Positions 25,998-35,209 of a stretch of 64,000 nt of DNA are shown here, in pieces. The position numbers and the translations under genes were made by a program. The notes below the pieces were generated by a model. It saw only the letters and a list, made by a program, of their open reading frames with translations, ran no database searches and was not told where the DNA came from. Source of the stretch: Candidatus Saccharimonadota bacterium (GTDB taxonomy: Bacteria; Patescibacteriota; Saccharimonadia; Saccharimonadales; Saccharimonadaceae); the NCBI GenBank assembly GCA_017514805.1, contig JAFWIP010000006.1:59976-123975 (forward strand). Direction: 5' to 3'. How positions within the stretch are numbered: the stretch's first letter is position 1; each line of letters opens with the position of its first letter.

Positions 25998-26353
25998 AAG
26001 CACTACTCTATTTTAACTTAAAACGAGCATTATTTCAAGCGTTTGCTTTATCTTCCCTATTATTATGACATAAAACTAAAAAAGTGCATAAAATAACGTA
26101 CTTATGCTTCTGAAATACGGACAACGATTCTATATTAAGCGCATACTGTTTTGCGCTAGCTCGCCTAGGCGAAATAGTCGAACCTCTAATTCTCCGTGAT
26201 GTATCTTTTTCGTCATTTGTTTATTTATTGCGATTCATCTTTTTAGAATGTTTTTTATCTTCTTTTTAGAGGCTGCTCGAAAAATCCTAGCTATAAATGC
26301 GCTCCCCGCGTGCCTCTCTCCTTCACGGAGAATTTATTGAGAATCTTTAATAA

Positions 26354-27529
26354 TTATTTTTCTTTTGCTACCGAGATAATTGTGTTTGCTAAATTTTCTG
26401 CCGCATTATCCTTTACGAATGAGCGGAGATTCTTTGACAACTCTTCGCGCAACGTCGCATCCTTTAATAACTTCTTGACTGCGGACAATAACTTTGTCGC
26501 ATTCTGATTCATCTCGCCATCTTCAATCACAAGTGCTGCATTCGCCTTCTCGTACGCCCGCGCATTCTTTACTTGATGATAACCCGGAAGCTTCTCATTT
26601 GGCACCATAATCACTGCTTTAGCCATACTAGACAACTCGGTCATAGTCGAAGCACCTGCGCGACTCACGACAATATCGGCGGCACCGAATAGCTTCCACA
26701 TCTCACTCGAGAATTTAACCATTCGAAAATTCGTCTTCAACTTGCCGTCTTCCCAGACTTCATATTCTTTCAAATCCATCATTTCTGGATAGCGCTCACG
26801 ACCAGCAACCAGCATTACACTCGTCTGCTTGAGCAATTGCGGCAAAATCTCACGTATCGCGACATTAATATTCCTAGCACCAAGACTGCCTCCAGTAACC
26901 ACAAGCAATGGCTTATCCGGATCAAAATCGAGCTCTTTCTTATATGACCGCTTTTTTGTCTCACTCACGGGACGAAATTCATCACTAATCGGAATACCAG
27001 TCCACTCAGCGCGATCTGCAGGATAAGAGTAATATTCCAAAGGCATTCCAGTCGCAATCTTCGTCGCGCGCTTCGCGAGCAAGCGATTTGTCAAACCCGG
27101 AGCTGCATCGCTATCGTGAATCACGTATGGAATTCTTAGCAATTTCGCTGCCATACCGACCGGCAAACAGACAAAACCACCCTTAAAGAAAATCACATCT
27201 GGACGGTTAAAAGCTAAACGGAAGAACGACTGAAAGAAACCAATGATGTTTTTAAAGAAGTCTAAGATGTTCTTCAATACTACGTCGAAGTGCTGCAAAT
27301 ACATCATAAAAGTAAAGTTCGTATAGCGACGCAATTTCCCTGCTACGACCTTACGAATGCGCAAATCCATGCCATTTTCGACAGTAATACGACGAGCATT
27401 CTTATAGTATTTTTTATCAGTCCAAAATTCTATTTTTGCACGCGGGCGAACTTTCCAAATCTCACGAACGACGGCCACTACCGGCGTAACGTGTCCCCCG
27501 CTGCCCCCACCTACTACTAGTATTTTCAT
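26354..27529 (-). CDS. murG: undecaprenyldiphospho-muramoylpentapeptide beta-N-acetylglucosaminyltransferase
   Basis: MKILVVGGGSGGHVTP G-loop and the GT28 C-terminal domain VVSRAGASTMTEL. Confidence 0.92.
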   Translation of the reverse strand: MKILVVGGGSGGHVTPVVAVVREIWKVRPRAKIEFWTDKKYYKNARRITVENGMDLRIRKVVAGKLRRYTNFTFMMYLQHFDVVLKNILDFFKNIIGFFQSFFRLAFNRPDVIFFKGGFVCLPVGMAAKLLRIPYVIHDSDAAPGLTNRLLAKRATKIATGMPLEYYSYPADRAEWTGIPISDEFRPVSETKKRSYKKELDFDPDKPLLVVTGGSLGARNINVAIREILPQLLKQTSVMLVAGRERYPEMMDLKEYEVWEDGKLKTNFRMVKFSSEMWKLFGAADIVVSRAGASTMTELSSMAKAVIMVPNEKLPGYHQVKNARAYEKANAALVIEDGEMNQNATKLLSAVKKLLKDATLREELSKNLRSFVKDNAAENLANTIISVAKEK

Positions 27530-28658
27530 CTATATTTGTCCTTTTTGTCCATCCAGATATCTGAATTACCATTCCGACTGCAAATGCGGCAAACATCATA
27601 CTCGTACCGCCATAGCTCAAGAACGGCAAAGTAATGCCCTTCATTGGAATAATCCCGAGCATTCCTCCGATATTCATTATAACATGACTAATTAGCCAGG
27701 CGAAAACAGCTACGCAGAACAAACTCTTATCGCCAGAGTCCGCTCGCTCAGAGACGCGCATGATTCGGAATAACAATACAGCAAAAGCTATTATAACAAG
27801 AGTCGTCCCTATAAAACCCCACGTTTCGCCAATAATTGAGAAAATCGAATCCGTCAACGACTCCGGCAAATATCCAGACGACTGAATACTATTCCCTAAA
27901 CCAACTCCGAGCAAGCCGCCAGTTCCGAACGAAATCAGCGAATTCTCAACGTGATAGTTATCGCCACTCTCCCAACCAGTCAAACGCTGCATACGGTGTT
28001 CCGCCGTCATTATCAAGAAAGCGCCAATAATCGCAAACACTCCGAGCGCAGCCGCGAAATACTTTATCGGCACTCCGCCTACCCACGCCATACAAAACAT
28101 CATCATCGCAATCACAACCGTGCTACCAAGATCTTTTTGAAATGCACCTACAAGAAGTGCCGTGACGCCAAACATCGTCGCATATGGCACCCAAAAGCTT
28201 GCAGAGCCTAATTCCCCGCTCTCCCTACGAGAACACACCAAATACGAGCTATATAACGCAATACTAATTTTCAGAAGCTCGACCGGCGCAAAACCAATAC
28301 TTACAATCGGAATGTAAAATGAACGACAAGCGCCCTCATCGCAAGTAACTAAGCCAACATTCATTCGTCCTAGAATCGTAACCATCAAGCACATACCAGC
28401 CGCTATCCAGAAAAAACTCTTGGCATACTTAGCAAGAAAATCATATTTAACTTTATAGCCGATAACTAGAGCTGCGACCGACATCGCAATTGCTACGACG
28501 TGATGAAAGAAGAAATACGTATCACTATAATGCTTGCCCGTAGCAGCATTCTCTGCCTGCGCAACACGGCCACCAATCGCATAGACGATTACCAAACTCA
28601 CGGCCATCAAAATTAGGACCATGAGTGCAATTGTCTTGTCGGACTTGTGTTTGCGCAT
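27462..28658 (-). CDS. ftsW: SEDS family peptidoglycan polymerase FtsW/RodA
   Basis: About 10 TM segments, with LPESLTDSIFSIIGETWGF and PFLSYGGTSM motifs. The 3' end overlaps murG by 68 nt. Confidence 0.88.
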   Translation of the reverse strand: MRKHKSDKTIALMVLILMAVSLVIVYAIGGRVAQAENAATGKHYSDTYFFFHHVVAIAMSVAALVIGYKVKYDFLAKYAKSFFWIAAGMCLMVTILGRMNVGLVTCDEGACRSFYIPIVSIGFAPVELLKISIALYSSYLVCSRRESGELGSASFWVPYATMFGVTALLVGAFQKDLGSTVVIAMMMFCMAWVGGVPIKYFAAALGVFAIIGAFLIMTAEHRMQRLTGWESGDNYHVENSLISFGTGGLLGVGLGNSIQSSGYLPESLTDSIFSIIGETWGFIGTTLVIIAFAVLLFRIMRVSERADSGDKSLFCVAVFAWLISHVIMNIGGMLGIIPMKGITLPFLSYGGTSMMFAAFAVGMVIQISGWTKRTNIDENTSSRWGQRGTRYAGSGRRS

Positions 28659-29692
28659 TAGTTAATGATGCCCCCACCCATTGCCAAAAATACGCCGAGC
28701 ATTGCTGTTACGCCGCCAATAATCCAGAAGCGCATCACAACCTTGCTCTCTTCCCAACCCTTAGCTTGTAGGTGGTGGTGAATCGGTGCCGAAATAAAAA
28801 TCTTACGATGGAAGAATTTCTTCGAGAAAATCTGAATCAATGAGCTGCCCGCTTCGACGACGAATAACAAACCAATAAGCGGCAATAAGAAGAAGGCATT
28901 CGTGTTCATCGCAACCACGCCAAGGCCTGCGCCTAAAGCAAATGATCCAGTATCGCCCATCATGAAGCGAGCCGGATATACGTTAAACCAAATATACGAA
29001 AGCAGCGCGCCAATTACGACAAAGCAGAAACCAGCCAAATACCATTGCTCCTGGAGAAGCGCAATCACGCCATAAGCGCCGTAAGCCATCATTGCTAAAC
29101 CACCAGCTAAGCCATCCATACCATCGGTAATATTCACGGCATTGCCGGTTGCGACGACCGCAAAAGCAAAGAGCGCAATCATTGCCGGCACGCCGATATT
29201 AAATGCTCCGATAAACGGAATCTCGATGCTTGTCCAACCGAGTTTAACAGCAAAGAACCAACCTAGAAATACGCCAAGCGCCGTAATCATCGCGAATTTT
29301 ACTGGCGCACGCAAACCAGCTGCCGCATTTTTGCCAAATAAATTAATCGCATCATCGATAAAGCCAATTAAGCCACCGCCGACAAAAGCCGCCAACGCAA
29401 GCCAAGTCTGGCCACGGTTCAAACAGTTGCAAACAATCACTACTAATGGAACAACGATCAGCATAATTACGCCCGCCATTGTCGGAAAATGACGCTTGAT
29501 TTTGTCTGCATGAAGCTTATTCATAACAGTTAGCTTCTTGCCGGACACATCTACGGTCTTCTGTCGCTTCCAAAGCTTGTGTTTATAAGCAAAAGTCGTA
29601 TAAATTGGCGTCAAGAACATTGATAGCAAGAATGCGCCAAGAGCCAGAATCAGCTCATATCCCATATTTGAATTAATATCGTTTATTAGCAT
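28658..29692 (-). CDS. mraY: phospho-N-acetylmuramoyl-pentapeptide transferase
   Basis: FIDDAINL, NAVNITDGMDGLA, MGDTGSFALG and APIHHH. Confidence 0.95.
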   Translation of the reverse strand: MLINDINSNMGYELILALGAFLLSMFLTPIYTTFAYKHKLWKRQKTVDVSGKKLTVMNKLHADKIKRHFPTMAGVIMLIVVPLVVIVCNCLNRGQTWLALAAFVGGGLIGFIDDAINLFGKNAAAGLRAPVKFAMITALGVFLGWFFAVKLGWTSIEIPFIGAFNIGVPAMIALFAFAVVATGNAVNITDGMDGLAGGLAMMAYGAYGVIALLQEQWYLAGFCFVVIGALLSYIWFNVYPARFMMGDTGSFALGAGLGVVAMNTNAFFLLPLIGLLFVVEAGSSLIQIFSKKFFHRKIFISAPIHHHLQAKGWEESKVVMRFWIIGGVTAMLGVFLAMGGGIIN

Positions 29693-29702
29693 CTTATCCT
29701 TT

Positions 29703-31481
29703 CTATTTTGGTTGTAACCTTAAGTATTGCAGCATGTAATTGCTAATCTCCGTAAATACAGGGACGGCATTCTGAGCACCCCAAAGGAGTGTTTCTCCAT
29801 CTAATCTTACCATAACTACGTACTGCGGCAAAGCATCGTCATTGTTCTCGCCACCAAAGCCCAAAGCGCTTGCATTTGTCTTCTTTGAAGTGTAATTGCC
29901 GTATTGGTCAAGCGTTTCTGCAGTACCAGTCTTCACGCCAACACGGAAGCCAGCTAGATCATTCTTTCCGCCATTAACGCTTCTTACTTCCTGAAGCATC
30001 TTGCGCATTTCTGCACTCGTACCAGTACTTACCGTCTTCCTGAGTGAAGCCTTCTGTTCGGTCGGCTCAAGTTTGCCATTATTATAGTTACCCGCAATCA
30101 CCGTCGGCTGATAATAGTCACCACCATTAATTAACGACGAAAATCCAGCCGCCACCTGGAGCATCGTGAGATTCATACCTTGACCAAAAGTCATATTTGC
30201 ATAACGCACCGCATTACCTTCGCCAGAAGGATCGTCTGGACTAATAATACTCCCCTTCGCTTCATTTAATTCGAAGCCAGTCTTTTGACCAAGACCAAAT
30301 CGGTCATAGAGATAGTTATACAGAGTCGTACGTGCCGCCTTTGTAATATTCGTACCGTCACCCATCTTGCGCAAAACTTCGATACTACCAGTGTTATATG
30401 AATTGTCTAATGCCTCACGAAAAGTAATCGAACCCTTGGCTAGAGGATTGCCACTACGCGCATTAGAAATCGTCCTATCATCAACAACCGTAGAGCCGGC
30501 ATTATAATATCTCTCATCCGGATTCAACTTACCCTCATTAATCGCCGCAGCATAAGTAAACGGCTTACAGACCGACGCTGGCTCATATGGCGTCTCGGCC
30601 GTCCGGTTAACGTATACATTCGGATCGCTTTCCTTCCAATATTCTTCAGGATTATATGTCGGATAATTTGACATCGCCCAAATCTTACCAGTCGTAGGCT
30701 GCATCACAAGCGCGCTCGCCGCCCTAATTCCGCCTTTACTATCAGTAACGGCCCTTTCAAGAATGCGGTCAACATTGCGCTGAATATTCGCATCTATCGT
30801 CAAAACGATACTCTCTCCATTCTTTGCTGGTATCTCAATATTCTCATCGCCAACCGACAGAGGAATTTCATTAACATCTGTAACCGTCTTCAATAATCCA
30901 TTTTTTCCCGCAAGACGCTCACTCAAAGCCCCTTCTACTCCAGAGCCAACCCCCTCCGCATTAATAAAGCCCAAAAGTTGAGCACCTACACGTCCAGCAG
31001 GATATACGCGCCTAGACGTCTCTTTACGCCCTACGCCACGCAAATTCGCCTCTTTTATTGCTGCGACGGTTTTATAATCAACATTCTTCGCTACCTCTAC
31101 ATACATACTCTCTTCATTTCCCCAAACATCAGGCCATTGCACGCTAATCTTATCGCCCAGCAGCTCAATCAACTTTTCTTGGACTTTTTCTTTTTCAAGC
31201 ACACCACTCGTACCGGCATTTTTAATAATGAAATTCGGATCTACGAAAATCGTCCACGTACGTTCATTCATAATCGCCGGCGTCACGCCCTTGCCATCCG
31301 AAAAATAAACTTCGCCGCGCTTCGCGAGCAACTCATACTGCTTTACGCGCATCGAGTTCGCTTCTCTCACATACCGATCATGATCGACAATTTGCACTAA
31401 GAATAATTTAGCCAAAAAGACAAAGACCACCGCCAAAAGACCAAACTTCAAGCAAAAATAGCGCCATCTTTGACTTTCCAT
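29703..31481 (-). CDS. ftsI: penicillin-binding protein, class B transpeptidase (FtsI/PBP2)
   Basis: N-terminal TM segment, SxxK (ASVCKP), SxN (NSYNTG) and KTGT (VKTGTAE). Confidence 0.9.
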   Translation of the reverse strand: MESQRWRYFCLKFGLLAVVFVFLAKLFLVQIVDHDRYVREANSMRVKQYELLAKRGEVYFSDGKGVTPAIMNERTWTIFVDPNFIIKNAGTSGVLEKEKVQEKLIELLGDKISVQWPDVWGNEESMYVEVAKNVDYKTVAAIKEANLRGVGRKETSRRVYPAGRVGAQLLGFINAEGVGSGVEGALSERLAGKNGLLKTVTDVNEIPLSVGDENIEIPAKNGESIVLTIDANIQRNVDRILERAVTDSKGGIRAASALVMQPTTGKIWAMSNYPTYNPEEYWKESDPNVYVNRTAETPYEPASVCKPFTYAAAINEGKLNPDERYYNAGSTVVDDRTISNARSGNPLAKGSITFREALDNSYNTGSIEVLRKMGDGTNITKAARTTLYNYLYDRFGLGQKTGFELNEAKGSIISPDDPSGEGNAVRYANMTFGQGMNLTMLQVAAGFSSLINGGDYYQPTVIAGNYNNGKLEPTEQKASLRKTVSTGTSAEMRKMLQEVRSVNGGKNDLAGFRVGVKTGTAETLDQYGNYTSKKTNASALGFGGENNDDALPQYVVMVRLDGETLLWGAQNAVPVFTEISNYMLQYLRLQPK

Positions 31482-31598
31482 ATCTATATTTTATCGCACT
31501 AGTGCTTTTTCTACTACCATAAAAAGAAAAATAGACCTCTGTACAAGAAGTCCGTTTTTCCCAACAAAACACTAAAAACCTTTATGCGGAAGAAATGA

Positions 31599-31961
31599 TT
31601 ATTCGCTCACGTAATCCGCACTAATGTTTTCTCTTACCATATTAGAAGCCACTTGATTAGTGTCTTCATTAGCGGCTGCCGCGGTCATTTTCGCATTTTC
31701 TACCGCGAGAGCGTCACGCTCGGCCTGTAAATTCGAAATCTCAGTATTTGCAGCAGCAATTCCGAGATCATATTGAACCACCTTGGCACTTTGCGTCAGC
31801 GCAAGCAAGCCGATAAGACATACTATCAAAGCCAAAACGATAATATGGCTAATCGGACCCAGCTGTCTCTGGGCATTATGACGAACCGCATTATGGTTCC
31901 TCACCCAGCCGGCTGAACTAGAAGCGCCATTCATTCTTCGAGTTGCATAATATGCTGACAT
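31599..31961 (-). CDS. ftsL: FtsL-like cell division protein
   Basis: Position between rsmH and ftsI, with a single TM segment followed by a coiled coil (ISNLQAERDALAVENAKM). Confidence 0.55.
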   Translation of the reverse strand: MSAYYATRRMNGASSSAGWVRNHNAVRHNAQRQLGPISHIIVLALIVCLIGLLALTQSAKVVQYDLGIAAANTEISNLQAERDALAVENAKMTAAAANEDTNQVASNMVRENISADYVSE

Positions 31962-32160
31962 TTAAAATTAATACCTTTTTGTTTTAAAGTTTGTATTTCG
32001 CAGAAAATTTTACTTAAGCTTTGGCGCGGAGCCGAGCGACAAGAGATAAACGCTCGACTCCCTAACCAAAGAAGGTCAAAATTTTTTACACACTTCCGAA
32101 AACTTCACCTATTCGGTACCCCAGGTCAAAGGGGCATGTAATAGATTAAGCTCTCATCCG

Positions 32161-32191
32161 CCAAAAAGCTTTAGGCCATAGGCCCAAAGCC
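32161..32191 (-). terminator. intrinsic terminator directly after the mini-ORF stop codon
   Basis: Minus strand reads GGCTTTGGGCC-tat-GGCCTAAAGC-TTTTT, a 10-bp stem (one G-U pair) with a T5 tract. Confidence 0.7.
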
Positions 32192-32254
32192 TTAGCGGAA
32201 ATTCACTTTGATTTGCTGAGCACGAGAGCGGCTCTCAACGATGATCTTTGCCAT
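32192..32254 (-). CDS. 20-codon mini-ORF (MAKIIVESRSRAQQIKVNFR), possible leader peptide
   Basis: ATG at 32254 is preceded by AAGGAG with 7-nt spacing, and TAA is at 32194-32192. It is too short for the ORF track. I saw no homology. Confidence 0.35.
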   Translation of the reverse strand: MAKIIVESRSRAQQIKVNFR

Positions 32255-32323
32255 CTTTTTTCTCCTTTTTTGTTTTTGTTTTTACGATTGCGCCCGAGCC
32301 GCTGAAGTAGGGCGCTATCAAGA

Positions 32324-33199
32324 TCAAATCTTCTCAGCCACCCTCAACTTAGCGCTCCTAGCGCGTGGGTTGTTAACAATTTCATTATCGTCCGCAACAA
32401 CGGGTTTCTTAGTAATTACTTTTAGTGTCGACTCGAAGCCTTTGCTACTTTCGTCTTTAAAGAATTCTTTAACGAGTCGATCCTCTAGGCTATGAAAAGA
32501 GATAATTGCTACCCGACCACCAGGATTTAATAATTTTGGCAGTAACGGCAAAGTATTTTCGATAATTCCAAGTTCATCATTTACAACAATTCTAATCGCT
32601 TGAAAAATCTTTGTCGCAGGGTGCGTATGCGAGTATGGCGACTTAGACCGAATTAAATCAGCAAGCTCAGTCGTCGTATTAATAGGGCGATGTAAGCATA
32701 TCTCACGAGCCAATAATTTCGCACGACCCGCGCTTTCTTCTGCATAACGCTCAAAAATACTCGCTAGTTTTCCTTCACTCCACTTATTCACAATCGTCCA
32801 AGCATCTAATTCCTGCTCACCATTCATTCGCATATCTAGGCGAGCCTCCTTAGCAAAGGAAAAACCTCTTTCCGCATTATCTAGTTGCGGTGAAGAAACG
32901 CCAAAATCCGCCAGTATCATATCGAACTTTTTTTCACTCTCCACAAGTTGCAACGCCGTACTATAAAAATCATCATGCATCAATTTCGGCTTCACCTCTT
33001 GGTACTTCGCCTCTAGGAAATCGATAGCGTTCTGATCACGATCATTTAGGACCGCTCCATTATAATTCCGCGTCACTTCCAAAATTTTATCTGCGTGCCC
33101 ACCATAACCTGCTGTTAGATCCAAATAAGTTTCACCTTCTTTGGGGGACAACAATGTAATCACATCGGATAATAATACTGGAATATGTATTTCGTTCAT
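32324..33199 (-). CDS. rsmH: 16S rRNA (cytosine1402-N4)-methyltransferase
   Basis: HIPVLL, DLTAGYGGHA, DFGVSSPQLD and SFHSLEDR. Confidence 0.95.
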   Translation of the reverse strand: MNEIHIPVLLSDVITLLSPKEGETYLDLTAGYGGHADKILEVTRNYNGAVLNDRDQNAIDFLEAKYQEVKPKLMHDDFYSTALQLVESEKKFDMILADFGVSSPQLDNAERGFSFAKEARLDMRMNGEQELDAWTIVNKWSEGKLASIFERYAEESAGRAKLLAREICLHRPINTTTELADLIRSKSPYSHTHPATKIFQAIRIVVNDELGIIENTLPLLPKLLNPGGRVAIISFHSLEDRLVKEFFKDESSKGFESTLKVITKKPVVADDNEIVNNPRARSAKLRVAEKI

Positions 33200-33932
33200 T
33201 CCTTCATTATACTTCGTTCAAACCCGTTCATCGAGAAATTTCAGGTTTTTGTGTTTTTTGTTGTTTATTTTGTTCCTTAACACATTTAAGATTCCATAAC
33301 CTGCTGGCGTATAGCCGACATAATGTTACGGAGTTGAGAGACTTAATTTGTGTGAGGTGGAGTTATTTGTTTGGGAGGTGTGTATTTGTGTTGAAAGTGC
33401 ATACAGTTTCTGTTTCGCGTATCCTAAACGCGCCCAAAACTCCTCGATGACCGGGTTCGAACTATTTTAATGTACTCCAAAAATATGCTACTTGCGTTTC
33501 GTAAGAGTAATAATCTGATAGTGCTGCGATTGATCGGTGCTGTTCTGTGTAGTTTGTTGCATTTTATATTGTCAATCGTTATTGCTTATTTTTGTGTTTT
33601 TCGTGGTTTTTGTTTTTGTTTCCACTTGTTCCTAGTTTAAGCAACTTTTTCAGAATTTTCAAGACCCATTTTTACTCAATTATTCACAATACGGTGGAAA
33701 AATATCATTCTTAACAGATATAAAACCGAACAAAATATTATTCCGTTTCTGCTTTTTACACACTTGCTTTTTGCATAAATTATTTTATCATTACCGAACA
33801 CTAACCCCCTTGACAAAAGCGTTGTATATTTTACAATATTCACTTCCCTTCGCTTGATTTCTGCGCAAAATATTTCATTATCACTACTCTACCCCAATAA
33901 AAATCCAGGACAAAACGCCCTGGATTTTCCAG

Positions 33933-34496
33933 CTATATATCCATTGATACAAACATTGCAAATATTGGACTATAATCAGCCACTAGATACGTCGAGTTTC
34001 TTTGCAAATATTCCTCTTTTTCCTCGCCATAGCTATAAGTAAACGCCTTATTGTCGCTTAGATCAGTAAAGAAAGCTACTCTGCTAGTCTTATCTACCCC
34101 TACAAGTCTCCCTATCCTAAACATAGAATGGCGCTCGATTCGCCCAATTACGACAACAAAGAATAAGATTGCAACAACTAGCCCTGTTATCATTGCGCCT
34201 TTCGTCAAATAATCGGCCCTTATACGATATGTGATTAACGCCAACTCGGCAATTATATATACAGCAGCATATACGTTTACCCAAATCAGCCTCGTCAATA
34301 TATCTACCCCGGCAATAAAGATATTCCTATCTGGGCGATTACCGCAACCATTTGCCAATAAGTAGATTATAGATGACCGAATTGACCAGCGGTACGCGAA
34401 GAATGACATAAACGCGTAATAGATAATGAGCTCTATTAGAATATTTGCAAATAAGAACAATAGAAACCAAGCCAAAGTCTTCAAAAGTACAAACAT
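33933..34496 (-). CDS. 4-TM membrane protein with soluble C-terminal domain, function unknown
   Basis: Start is set at ATG 34496, which lies 9 nt after AAGGAGG. It has hydrophobic segments and is followed by a terminator at 33925-33897. Confidence 0.55.
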   Translation of the reverse strand: MFVLLKTLAWFLLFLFANILIELIIYYAFMSFFAYRWSIRSSIIYLLANGCGNRPDRNIFIAGVDILTRLIWVNVYAAVYIIAELALITYRIRADYLTKGAMITGLVVAILFFVVVIGRIERHSMFRIGRLVGVDKTSRVAFFTDLSDNKAFTYSYGEEKEEYLQRNSTYLVADYSPIFAMFVSMDI

Positions 34497-34651
34497 GCGC
34501 CACACCTCCTTCTCCGGAATACGCAAAACAACGTTCTATGCCATAATTATGAATTCATATCCATTAGATTTCAAGCATAATCAATACTGAGTAACTTTTT
34601 TGTTCAAATAGAGCTTTCCTAAAAAGTCTCCTCTTCCCCATTTTTTGCGCA

Positions 34652-34681
34652 ATAAAAAGCGGCTGGCTCTAAGAGCCAGCC
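34652..34681 (-). terminator. orphan intrinsic terminator (no CDS upstream of it)
   Basis: Minus strand reads GGCTGGCTC-tta-GAGCCAGCC-gcTTTTTaTT. The typA terminator (35162-35136) lies 460 nt upstream. Confidence 0.65.
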
Positions 34682-34694
34682 ATAACTTAATTAA

Positions 34695-34722
34695 AGTGGA
34701 TAATCATCGGATATTATCCACT
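34695..34722. repeat. perfect 10-bp inverted repeat carrying two convergent TTATCCAC (DnaA-box-like) cores
   Basis: AGTGGATAAT-catcggat-ATTATCCACT. Confidence 0.85.
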
Positions 34723-35209
34723 GTAAAGGCGTATGCTTTTTGACTTTGTTCTGTAGGAACCATCTTTTAAACCCAATGCTATTAGATGGCAACATTATTC
34801 AGTTGTATTAGCGCATGTATAGTAATATGTAGGTCAATTAGTTACGATAATCATACTTCCACGATGTATGATTAAATTCTTTGTTTCACTATGTTACCGT
34901 GTATTGTAGCTAAATACTCATTGTCTCTGATGTTACATCATTAGAACTTATTATGATAAAAATTGGATCTCTGTGTTTGTATCATATAGCAATGTCTACG
35001 AGTTACATTTTTTTTAACAGAATTTTTAGTTCTTATTACATGTCATATGGATCATCTTAATTGTCAATAAGTTACAAAGACCTACAGAACGGAAACATTT
35101 GGCGCCTTAAACATTTCACTAAGCCAAAAAGCATTTAAAAGAACTAACCTCCAGAGGAGGTTATGTTCGTAAGAATTATTATATACCAGTGTTTCAGAAA
35201 AGTCTAGAG

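Noticed and set aside
33200-33932. A decayed mraZ, or MraZ-box repeats, upstream of rsmH.
   Set aside because: I found no reading-frame fragments resembling MraZ (GRL..P..R motifs). The GAGGTGG and GAGGTGTG repeats do not match the known TGGGN-type spacing.
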